Source of the DNA: Paragordius varius
Taxonomy: Eukaryota > Animalia > Nematomorpha
DNA length: 64,000 nucleotides
Direction of reading: 5' to 3'
NCBI GenBank assembly: GCA_964247055.1
Contig: OZ176054.1
Coordinates: 2,108,001 to 2,172,000 of the forward strand
Both the position numbers and the translations under genes were made by a program. Shown in pieces: positions 37,001 through 48,571 of this stretch. Position 1 is the first letter of the stretch; every line of letters starts with the position of its first letter. The notes under the pieces are model-generated. The model had not been told where the DNA came from and did no database searches. It worked only from the letters and a program-made list of their open reading frames with translations.

Positions 37001-40000
37001 TGTAAGAAAAAAATTTTTAATCTCAACATTTTGTTTTTGTTTTTTCCATACACCACTGTGCTGCCAATTGACCACCAACTATAATTTGAATAAACCAACA
37101 TAAATGTATAGTATACTGTAATTTCAAATTTTTATATTATTTTCATACATAGTACAATAAATGATGAATCCAATACAAACGATTCAAAATTTTCGACATT
37201 TAAACCAAATTTGTTTGGAAAAATTTATGATAAAAACCGAGGAGCTTATGATTCGATTTCAGCGAATTTTGGCCCGGGTAGTAATACAAGCAGTGGACCT
37301 GAAACCTATCTCAGTAGCCTGAAAAGTTTGGGTATTACCGGAGGTATTTTATAATTTTCCAATTTATTTTAAATTTTAAACTTTATTTTCTTGAAAAGAT
37401 TTTTACTACACAGTTGATATTTAAGTAGTTTGATATATTTTTGGATAACTGTTACATTTTTTAAAAACTCAAACGCAGAATTTTAATTATTTCACATTCA
37501 TTTTATAGATGTTTTATCAAATATATGATACATTTTTCATATTTGATGGCTAAATAAAGAAATAAAAAAATATTTTGTAATTTTGTTTAATAATTGATAT
37601 GATTTATTTGTGTGTTTTATGACAGATGTGGATATTGAAGTTTTTCTTACATCTATGCATGGCCTCCTAAAATTAATGCAGGTGAAAAATTTGTAAATTT
37701 TCATTTTTACCGATTTAACCTAATAAATATTAATATTTTTACATAATATATATCAAGCTTTAAGATCATATTAACATATATGTTTAATGGGTATTTTTTA
37801 CCAGCTTGATTATTTCCAAATTTATTTATTTATTAAATTAAATAAAGAACCAAAAACCTTAAGGATATTTTAATAAGACTTTCATACTTTCTTAAACCTT
37901 GATTTATTCAACATAAACTATTATTTACAATTTCGCAATATATATAATTGAACCGGTTACCATTTCACACCTCTATATTATATTTACGACCCAAAAAGAT
38001 TGATTTTGATTAAAAAATCAAGAGTAAAAAATATGTATTTTGTCGCTTAGTTTTCACGTTTTATCTTAAATTTTATAATGCAATTTATTCCTTGATACAG
38101 TTTCAGCGCAGAAAACAAAATATTTTAATATAATTTTTAATATATCTATTAAAAATTAATTATCACATATATGTTAAGCTTTTTTACCGTAATCTCCTTG
38201 TAAACTAAAGTTTGATAATAAATTAATAGTATGTATGCCAGAAACGCCTTTTTTAAAATTTTTGTCGTATAAAAAAACCAATTATCACATTTATATTAGA
38301 TATTTTACCGTAATACATCCTTATCTCATAAATTTAAGATAAATTGATTAGTATATGTGTACTGGAAATAAACGTTATCCTAATTAATTAAATAATTAAT
38401 TTTAATAATTTTTATCACAGAAAAAATCAAATATAACATTTATATACAACTTTTTACCGTAATATATTTTTTGTATAATTGAAGCAAAATTGGTTAGTAT
38501 ATGTGTACTGGAAATAAACGTTATCCTAATTAATTAAATAATTAATTAATTTTAAAATTTTTGTCGTATAAAAAACCAATTATCACATTTATATAGAACT
38601 TACTGTAATATATTTTTTGTATAATTGAAGCAAAATTGATTAGCATACGCGTGTCATAAACGACGTTATTTCTAAATAATTACCTATTTTATCAATTTTT
38701 ATCACAGAAAAATCCAATTATCACATTTATATTAGGCATTTTTTACTGTATATCATATATATCAAATAGATTGAAGATAAATTGATTAGCATATGTGTGC
38801 CTGAAACTCTTTTCTATCAATGTTTTGGCCCGCTAGTTCAACCGGTTTTAGAATCCGTTATAACTGAAGGTGAACTCATAACCAATGCTGTTCACAGCGC
38901 TATAAAAGCCCGCGATTTTAGCGCAGTTTCTTTGTCCATTTTCCCAATCTACAAATATATTATCCTCAATATTAAACCACAAATGGATACGGAATTATTG
39001 GTGATTTTTTGTATATAAAAATGATTTTATATTCATATATAAAAAAGATTTGTATTGTCGGATCTGATAGATTTTTGTTTTTTGGGTAAATATAGATATT
39101 TTTATTGATAAATAAACTTTAATCTTAGTAGTGATTCAAAAATTAAATATACCATTTCCCAGTCTAAATAAACGTTTTCCCAGTCTATCGAAACATTTTT
39201 CCCAGTCAATCGAAACGTTTTCCCAGTCAATCGAAACGTTTTCCCAGTCAATCGAAACGTTTTCCCAGTCAATCGAAACGTTTTCCCAGTCAATCGAAAC
39301 GTTTTCCCAGTCAATAGAAACATTTTCCCAGTCAATAGAAACATTTTACCAGTCAATAAAAACATTTTCCCAATCAATAAAAACGTTTTCCCAGTCAATA
39401 AAAACGGTTTTATTTTTGATGACAAATATCAAAACAAGATAGAAAAATAACCATTATTAGCGTAATATTAGGATATTATTTATTATGAATTAACAATTAT
39501 TGAATGAAAATATTTTTTTATATTCCAATACTTAATCATTAATAATTTATTCTTTAAGAGCTATATTTTATGAACTGGAAGAATATTTTATGGTTTTTAA
39601 GTATTTTATGAAAATATTTAATAAGTTTTTTATTTTATCGATGGTTCGCATTAATATTCGAGGCTAACTTTTAAAGTCTATAGTTACGGATAATAAAATT
39701 TATAAAAATATACCATTTTTATCTCAAATTGATTATTTAACGCTTCAAATTGGATCATAAACATGTCGAATAAAATACTGTCGGAAAAAATCTGAACAAA
39801 ACATGGTTTTAAATATGTTTTTCATTTAAAAATATTTTTTAAAAAAGGATATTCTAACACAATGGCTTTGCGGGCCGCATTTTTAACCCAAAAAGCACGG
39901 CGTTTCGTATTCGTATTATATAAGGACATTCATAAATAATTTATTCGATCTTAAATATAAGACTGTAAAGTACAAACACAATATATTTTTTTTAATTCGT

Positions 40001-42250
40001 TGTCAATTTTATAAACTCATTTAGAATAATAGCGTAAGAAATATGAATTTTACTAAGATTTTCTTAGGCCTCCGATGAACCATATGATAAATATAAAAAT
40101 AGGGTAAAATTTTTGTTAAAGACCCCATATGAAGTGTTAAATGACCTTTGAGATAAAAATGGTATATTTTTATAAATTTTATTATCCGTAACTATAGACT
40201 TTAAAAGTTAGCCTCCAATATTAATGCGAACCATCGATAAAATAAAAAACTTATTAAATATTTTCATAAAATACTTAAAAACCATAAAATATTCTTCCAG
40301 TTCATAAAATATAGCTCTTAAAGAATAAATTATTAATGATTAAGTATTGGAATATAAAAAAATATTTTCATTCAATAATTGTTAATTCATAATAAATAAT
40401 ATCCTAATATTACGCTGATAATGGTTAAAAGTTATTTTTCTATCTTGTTTTGATATTTATCATAAAAAATAAAACCGTTTTTATTGACTGGGAAAACGTT
40501 TTTATTGATTGGGAAAATGTTTCGATTGACTGGGAAAATGTTTCTATTGACTGGTAAAACGTTTCGATTGACTGGGAAAATGTTTCTATTGACTGGGAAA
40601 ACGTTTTGATTGACTGGGAAAACGTTTCGATTGACTGGGAAAACGTTTCGATTGATTGGGAAAATGTTTCGATAGACTGGGAAAACGTTTATTTAGACTG
40701 GGAAATGGTATATGTTAGTTTTAGCGATATTTTGAATAATACTTTGTAAAAGTTTTTATGACTCTTATTATTATAAAATAATAAAAATCAGTTTAATTCG
40801 TGAATGGTAAAAAAAGATTTAAGATTAATTCTTATCATATGCTCTATTAAATAAAAAATCAATTTTTAAATAGTGTATAATTGCGTTTTAAATTATGTTT
40901 TTCAAACTATGTTCTTAAATTTTTGCATTCGGGTTAATATAACTCATTATTAATATAAAATATATCTTTATGGCATAGTTTATTATTTTTTTCAGAAAGT
41001 ATCTTAATTTTAAACATAATTTTATTTTATATAAAATATAAAAAAATATACACGTAATTTCAATACTAAAAAACACCTAATTTAGTTTAGTCGAGGGTGA
41101 ATTTGAATTGTTCAAGGGTGAATTTGAATAGTGTAAAATGAATGGTATATATAAATTTTAAATTTATTTTACCCTTTTTCTTTCCCCACACAAACAATTT
41201 ATATATAGTATTGTAAACCATTGAGTCGACAAAAATATGAAAGTTTCCTGGATCACATGGCTAATGTGGCTTATCATTTACTTGAAGATTATTTAGAATG
41301 TGTAAGGTCATCGTCTGCCAACAGTGTTAATCCTTTGGGTTTTGGAAATTTCCTAGCAAATTCTTCAACAAATATAAGCTCAAACTCAAACTCCACGAGT
41401 GGACAGTAATTTTTTTTTGAATTATATAGAGATCAAAAAATAGTCGTTAAATAATGATTATGTGTAAAAAAAACAGAAGTCTTACTGTTTTAAACCATGG
41501 ATGGTTAATAAAAAATCCAAATTGAAATTTTATCGGCAAAAATAGCCTAAAAACTGAACACAATTTTTTTTGATAAAAAGAACCGTACTTTTTGAACAAC
41601 CTTGATTAATGACCAAATTAAAATTATAAAAGCAAAACGCCTAAAAAACTCACAAGACAAACATTTTTTTGATATCAACAGAAATACCTTTTTAAACCTT
41701 GATTTGTTTTATTTAATTAGTATAATTTTGCAATATTATGACTCATATTTACACAGCTATTCCCATTATTTTGCAACCCAAAATATTAAGCTTGAAAAAA
41801 TCAAAATTTTAAAATATGGTATGGTTGTTATTTTTATAAAAATTCGGTAAGTTTTAACGTAAAAATTGAAATTATATAGTCAAAACATAATACTAAAAGG
41901 GAAATATTTTTAATTTAAAAGACAATCATACCTTTTATAATTATTTTTAATGTGTGATTTAACGTTATCGGTTGCAAAATACGGATAGATTTGTGTTTAA
42001 GGTATATATATAAATCTAGGTTTTATTTTTTATCCCAATTAATTTTTACGGTTTTTTAATATTTAATAAATCGAAAATTTAAGTTTTAGCCTGACTAACC
42101 TAAATCCATTTTCTCTGTCCGGTTCCACCGTTGAAAATAACACCTTTTCTGGAAATAATAATCCGACGACGTCGACAAATAATTGTTTAAGTACAAATGT
42201 TAATTATTTACCCAAAGATGGTATTGTTCATGAAATAACTACAAATGTAA

Positions 42251-42285
<35 letters not shown>

Positions 42286-45200
42286 GTTATATTTGATTAA
42301 AATTTTTGTAATTTTATAAAATTTGCATGTGTTTTTTTTACTATAAAATATATTTATTGATGTAACTTAAACTTTTTTGTCATACTAATTTAATAGTTTT
42401 TATATGTTCTATTTTGAATCAATTTTGCTAATCCATGGCATATTTGGAACTTTTATGTATTGAAATAGTTAAAAATATTATCAGTATGTCTTATTAAATA
42501 AATTATTTATAACTATTTTCTGCATTTCTTGGGTCCATATACTCAAAAATTTTGTTATTTTAATTTTGTTTGATAAACTTATTTTTAGGGTTTATAAAAT
42601 ATTTTACCTTATATATATAAATTATTTATTTTTTACATTTATGTAGACATGTATGTTTTTGGAAAATATTGCCGATTTTGTCGAAATAATTGGAAACATA
42701 TTATTGAAAAAGGGTATATTTTTAACGATATAATTTAATTTTATCTTAATTATATTAGCTTAACTATATGTCATCACAGTAAAACTATTTAGTAGATTTT
42801 GATAATAAAAAATAATTAATTTCATTAAATTTTTTAACCATTCTAGTACGATTAAAACGATTTTAACTTTTTTTGAAAAACACAGTAGCCAATTTTTTTC
42901 TATATTTGTTTCTTTCATGTCAAATTAATTAATATCAGCATATTATTTTGGTATGCATTAAAAATTGAAATTTAGTTTATTAAATGTTATTGGATAGAAT
43001 CCCAAATGCTTATGATTTTATGTAAAAAAACAATTATATTTCCTACCCATTAAAATTAAGTTCAAAAATTTGAACAAATATACGGTTAAGGCAATAAATT
43101 TATATGAAAAAGATCAATTAACCGCAATGATTGTTAGAATTCTTGTTTTTTGGTCTTATAGTTTTAAAAATATATTTAATATATAATTTAACCATATATG
43201 CTGACCTATTCACCAATTGGCAACACAGTAGTGTATGGGTAAAAACAACAAAATATTGAAATTAAACAATTTTTTCCTTACTATTTAACTAATTATGGAC
43301 AAATTTGTTTTATAACACACTTCACCAAATAACTAACAATAATGTGAATTGGTCAACACATAAATGTGCATACTGTAAGTATAAAGAACTTGCATATATT
43401 ACTATCTAACCATTTGTTTGAAATAATTCATTTTATATGATTATGTTTTTAACCTTAATTATAGTTTTTTTGAATTGATTAGTCTTACTATATTTAATTG
43501 GCCTAGATCCAATGACATATATTGCCCCGGCTCAAAATAGCGTGGATCAAGCAAAAAATAGCTCTGATAATAACTCCAGAAAATACAGTAAACAATCTTA
43601 TGCATCTATTGGAAGCGAAACGTTACCACCACGGTTTGTCCCTTTTTTTACTTTTTCACATTATTATATTAAAAATTTGTGAAGTATTAAGATCTATAAT
43701 TATTTATTTATTAATAATTTGATTGGTTGGTTATTGATTATAATTTATGACCGTTATCAATTTCGTTGAAACATTTTATATTTTTAGGAAATGAAAGTAA
43801 CTATGATTAATAAATTATTTTTAAACTACTCTTCGTGTTAAAATCTATTTTTCAAGTTAAATAACTCAAACATTACAACTTTAATTTATTCGTAAATTTT
43901 TATTCGGATAGTAGATTTTTGATCTCGGTAATTGGCTAAATTTCACGATTTTCATGAGCAATATATATTTATCTGAAATAAAAATATTTATTTTTTTAAA
44001 CCAACGAATCTACATTAAATTATATATACCATTTGCACTTCAAGAGTCTGAACACTTCAAGTTGGTCCTTGAACAGTTCAAGTTGGTCCTTAAACAGTTG
44101 AAGTTGGTCCTTTGACTTTTTTGTTTTGTTTTTAACTTTTATCGATCAAATCGTAAATCATCTTATTTTATTGTTTTTAACCTATTTTCTATTATTTAAC
44201 ATAAATTTTAAATCGATATCAACTTTTAATCTTTGACGTATATCTTTATTAATTTCTTAAAATAATTTTGTTATTTATAAGATTTTAACACGAAATGAAA
44301 AAATATATAAGTTTTCTGGGTTATTAATTAAAATTTTTCATTAAAAACATTTAAAAGTCAATAATTTTGTTCAATTGAAAAAAAAATAGTTTAAAACAAA
44401 AAAGTGGTTTTTAAATAAAAAAATTTTATTTTTAAATGAATAAATATATAATAAATAAAGATTATTAGGTTAATAAATAATAAAATAAAAAAATAAGTGC
44501 AAAAATTATTATAAATTTTAAGGATCAACTTGAACTTTTCAAGGACCAACTTGAATTGTTCAAGGACCAACTTGAACTTTTCAAAGACACTCTTGAAGTG
44601 CAAATGTATATTATAAAATTCTTTTTTTACATTATTATGTTTTGTAAAAAACATTTTTTAGATCAAGTGTTGTCAATGAACAAGCGCCAATAAACGCGCT
44701 TAAAAATGTGCCATCTTTCGAATCCTCCATCCCGACAGATGTTGCGGCCCGCCGGGCTTTTAGTGTTTACGCTAGTCGACTCCTGTCTACACTTGGCTTA
44801 AATCTCAGACTAAAGTTTGAAGCTTACAATGATGAAGCGTTGGGGAGCATATTTCTAATCAACAATTTCGGTTATTTACTCAAATTTTTGCAAAGGTAAT
44901 TTTATTTAATAAATTATTTTTTAAATTATCTTAATTTAATAAAATATAGGAGATGATTAAAACTTGATTTTTGTGAAAATCATTAGATCATCTATGATGT
45001 TTTGACTTTTTAGTAATTTTGATTAATTATTGTACTATTTATATAATATTATTATAGAAATAAAGTAAATTCTTTTTTAAATAAGAAGAATTTAACATTG
45101 ACCTATAAGACTGAAAGTATGTTTATTTTTCAATTACTACATTTTGGATCCTATCTTAAATATGCCAAAATATCATCAAAATCCGATTTTTTTACAATTG

Positions 45201-46579
45201 AAAAATAACTATATATATTTTGTAAAATATAATTTTATATAAAATTGTGAAACTAATTGATTTAGAAAAAAGGTCTCTGTTTTTTACCAAATATTTTTAT
45301 ACTTTTATATATATGATTTTGTAAAAAAAATAAAACAGGATATTTTAAAATTATAAATCATTTTTGTAAAGGAATAATGCATTGCGTCAAATAATCAAAA
45401 TCTCAACCCCTAAAGTGGAAGAATACTATGAACAGCAAATTCAAGAATTTAAACGTGTATATTCACAAAGGTAATTACCTAATTTTTTAATTACAGTTTC
45501 TAGATAAAGTTAGGGATAACTCAAAATTAAATTCAATATTTCCATCATAAAGAGAGTTATTTAAACAATATTCATTATTAATTTTCATATAAAATATTTT
45601 CAAGACCAGACATGTTGCATAGTTTTCATAATCATATATAATCAGGTGGTAAATTATTTAAAATCTTTACATTTATCGACAATTTTTATATTGTTTTATC
45701 ACATATTTTTTCTCATCATCGCATATAATTATTATTTTAAAACCACCATGGCCAATTTCGATTAGTCCAGCAATGATAAATAAACTTAAATTTTTCGTTC
45801 AAAAGATTAAATTATTGAGGCCTAAAGAAAAGTAATTTGTTTAAGCGTATAATTAGTATAATATTCTTTTATACCTTTTTTGTAACTTAAAGACGAATAG
45901 CAACAGCTTATTATAAATACAAACAATTCTTTTATTTGAATTCCAATTTAAAGACTAATTGAGCCTAAAATATGTTACTTGTTTTTATCAACTATTTTAT
46001 GTATCCTTATACATAAAGATGCCAGAAATTTATTTATATTCTTTATTTTTTATATTACTTGTAAATTAATATTTTTATGTAAAATAAATAGGCATTTAGT
46101 CATTACTTTATGAATTATAGGTAAAATGCGTTTCTTCCTTATATATATATTTTATGCCATTTTATATCTTGCATTAGCCCATAATCGTCAAAATTTATTT
46201 AAAAATAAACTAAAAGTAAAGCGTAAACTTTCAAGCGAACCAAATAAGAAAAATTAAAATCTATAAAAAACCACACTTTATTAATATCTTATCTTATTAT
46301 ATCATATAGTTGGGGTAAAATAGTGTATTACTTAAGTGAAAAAAGTGGTCCCAATGTCCCCATCAAACAGTTGGAAACTGTTTCTAACATTGTTTCACCT
46401 TCAACTTCAACAGGCACTTCCTCGTCCGAAAAATCTGCAAATAATGCCATGCTAAATGCATCTTTTAAGGTATATAAACTACAGAAATTTTTTATTTCAA
46501 GTTATAATATATTTTTTAATAATTAAAGTGGCATTTGGTATTATACGATTTTGTAATATGTATACAAAAATTTTTATTG

Positions 46580-46623
<44 letters not shown>

Positions 46624-47894
46624 TTGTAATAAATAATTATTTTATGCAACGTAGATATACCTTTCGTAATTTATTTGCTTATTTTGGAAGTTTCGAAAAT
46701 AATGAATTAATTTTGATAACTTTGAATGATCTTAATTAATAAAAATTCATTTAAATTTATAATATTACTGTTTATGTAAACATTTAGTGTTTTATTAAAG
46801 TTTTCAACTATAAAATATTTTTTGTTTTCTATTTTGCTTAAGATTGGGATAACTTTACGCGTAACTATTTGAATGATTAATTAGTTTGAAAAATCGATTT
46901 TTATAGCTTTAAAGTTTTTTGTTTTATATTACACAACTTTTAAGTACCTCTTTTGTCATTTATTAAATTGGTTATTTTGTTTAAAAGGAATTATATTTTG
47001 CATTTAAAATATTGTATAATTATATTGGTGGTTTATTTTAAACACCATATATATTTTATCATAACTGTTAAATTGTAATTTACTTTATATAAAGCTTAAA
47101 GAACGCGATCGTCAAGCTATCAAGGATAAATATTCGGTAGTTTTACAATTTTACTATTTTCCTTTTTTCCAATTTATTTATTTGACTTTTTAAAATGTAT
47201 TGTAGCCAAAATTAATTTTTTTGAACAAAAAATAATATTAATTATTTTAAAAATTTATATTCATTTTTTGTTTTACAATTTACATAGGGTTTTAACCGAG
47301 AATTCTCCGATATTGCCATGAAGCATAAAAAATATTTCATAGTCGATCCAAAAATCCGTGAAATAATGCGAATGGAAACAAAAGCCTATATCCTACCAAT
47401 GTTTCGGGAATTTCAAAATAGGTAAAAATATCTTTAGAAAAACTTGACATATAAAAACAAACTCTTTGTATCGAAATTTCTCTTCTTAGAAACCACTAAA
47501 AGTCTAGTTTCGGTTTTTATCGATTTTCAAAACCGTTTTTTTTTCAAATGTCTTGCAATGATAATAATTATTAAGCATAATAATGGATGGTTTTAATATT
47601 TATTTGATAAGTTAATTTATATTGGATTATTCAAACGAATTCTAATTAAGGACAAAAGAATGCGTAATACTAAAGATCGGAGTCAAAGTTAAAAATATTT
47701 TTTATATTTTTAAATTTTTTATAAGTTATATTATTATCTTTTTTTATGATTTAAAATTTATTATACATAGTTTTTATTTATTGCTATATAGATTCAAACT
47801 AATTCCCTTCACCAAAAACCCGGAGAAGTACTTCAAGTACGAAGTTCAAGACATTTCTGATCAAATTGATTTATTTTTCGGAGGCACCGAATAA
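34098..47894 (+). CDS. EXOC7: Exocyst complex component Exo70 (~973 aa); exons 34098-34127, 34154-34319, 34349-34433, 34457-34565, 34593-34710, 34862-34903, 35084-35204, 35424-35487, 35817-36205, 37153-37343, 37626-37681, 38770-39000, 41209-41405, 42090-42246, 42647-42713, 43507-43633, 44662-44895, 45372-45470, 46310-46469, 47095-47136, 47288-47421, 47792-47894
   Basis: Family motifs SMVTVLSTFDEKLQKLETAVFPIYKE, SLDQILVYY, LPKDGIVHEITTN, YNDEALGSIFLINNFGYLL, LKERDRQAIKDKYSGFN and IPFTKNPEKYFKY. The 22 exons join in frame (2922 nt). Exon 1 and the start codon are the least certain part. Confidence 0.9.
36281..36721. mobile_element. MITE family A copy 2 (~440 bp)
   Basis: Imperfect inverted ends TTTAGGGTAGTTTTAGATCC / GGATACAAAACTACCCCAAA, with internal similarity to 10880-11591. 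Confidence 0.65.
36897..37120 (+). mobile_element. Tc1/pogo-like MITE (TA|CAGTA-type ends), copy 1
   Basis: Imperfect inverted ends TACAATATGCACATTTATGTTG / CAACATAAATGTATAGTATACTGTA. A reverse-orientation copy lies at 43214-43378. Confidence 0.55.
38158..38810 (+). repeat. Five degenerate ~120-150 bp tandem units, the last containing the Exo70 exon-12 acceptor and first codons
   Basis: Recurring blocks AATTATCACAT...TTTTACCGTAAT...TTGAAG(A/C)(T/A)AAATTGATTAG(C/T)ATATGTGT, with units starting near 38158, 38280, 38430, 38578 and 38716. Confidence 0.75.
39148..40712. mobile_element. Foldback element: ~560-bp inverted arms, each with 11-12 copies of a 21-bp repeat (CCCAGTCAATCGAAACGTTTT)
   Basis: Outer ends TATA|CCATTTCCCAGTC and GACTGGGAAATGG|TATA. 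The arms 39148-39712 and 40163-40712 are near-perfect reverse complements. Lies within Exo70 intron 12. Confidence 0.92.
39713..40162. mobile_element. 450-bp element at the apex of the foldback, with its own CCATTTTTATCTCAAA TIRs flanked by TATA
   Basis: CCATTTTTATCTCAAA (39713-39728) / TTTGAGATAAAAATGG (40147-40162), with TATA at 39709-39712 and 40163-40166. Confidence 0.6.
40930..41149. mobile_element. MITE family B, 5'-degraded copy
   Basis: Internal GGGTTAATATAACTCATTATTAAT and a right end with two 21-bp-spaced GGGTGAATTTGAA units followed by ATGG|TATA. Confidence 0.6.
43214..43378 (-). mobile_element. Tc1/pogo-like MITE, copy 2 (inverted relative to 36897-37120)
   Basis: The reverse complement matches 36902-37070, including TATGCACATTTATGT (15/15) and CCATACAC(T/C)ACTGTG(T/C)TGCCAATTG (23/25). 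Confidence 0.6.
44025..44610. mobile_element. ~590-bp TIR element with TATA|CCATTTGCACTTCAAGAG ends and 3 x 21-bp subterminal repeats at each end
   Basis: Left TATACCATTTGCACTTCAAGAG followed by TTCAAGTTGGTCCTTGAACAG x3. Right AAGGACCAACTTGAA-type units x3 followed by CTCTTGAAGTGCAAATGTATA. Confidence 0.82.
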
Positions 47895-48571
47895 AAATAA
47901 TTACTATTTCAATTTTAATAATATATTTATTTATACGATTAATTAAATGTTATTATTCAAAATAAATTGTATCCAAATATTGAGATATGATATTATAAAA
48001 TAATCGAAGCTTAAAAGTAATTTTGAATGTGGGTAAACTACTAATATATTTCCTATATACAAACTCATCTAGGTATTCTAAAATTTATAATAAATTTTCT
48101 GGGTTAACTTAAGATTAAAAGTAAATATTTTTTTTTATTTTAAAACCTATTTTTCATAAAAATGTATTTATATACTAAGCTTTAAAATATTTTTAAATTT
48201 GTGAAATAAAACAGAATAAACCATGTTAATTTTTGTAAATAAGTTAGTTTAACCCTTAAAACACAGTTTAATATGAAAGCGTTAGAATATTTTAGCTTTA
48301 CAAGTTATTGAGACATATAAGAACCAAAAGCACTCTAATGAAATCATTAGTAAATATAATGAATATTGAGTAAAATAGATATAAAAAACAGTAAATCACA
48401 ATATTGCTAGTTTCAAATCCACAACATGGGATTCGTTTTCCATTTGATAACTAGTAGTGGAGTGATTGTACAATTTCAATAAATATTTATAATTTTATAT
48501 TTTACAAATAGCAAATATAAAAACAGTTTAGTATTTATTTTGCAAGTATTTACACATTATTTTCCAATAAT

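Noticed and set aside
39102-39442. ORFs with (QSIETFS)n and (LTGKTFR)n heptad repeats
   Set aside because: They are translations of the 21-bp tandem repeat in the foldback arm. They are open on both strands simply because 21 is a multiple of 3, and they lie within an Exo70 intron.
39158-40700. CRISPR-like appearance of the regular repeats
   Set aside because: The units are head-to-tail with no unique spacers, the context is eukaryotic, and there are no cas genes.
14562-47894. Complexin + NHERF + Exo70 as a functional membrane-trafficking cluster
   Set aside because: The orientations are mixed, the neighbours are unrelated (N6AMT1, ACADM), and no shared regulatory motif was seen; chance adjacency is sufficient.
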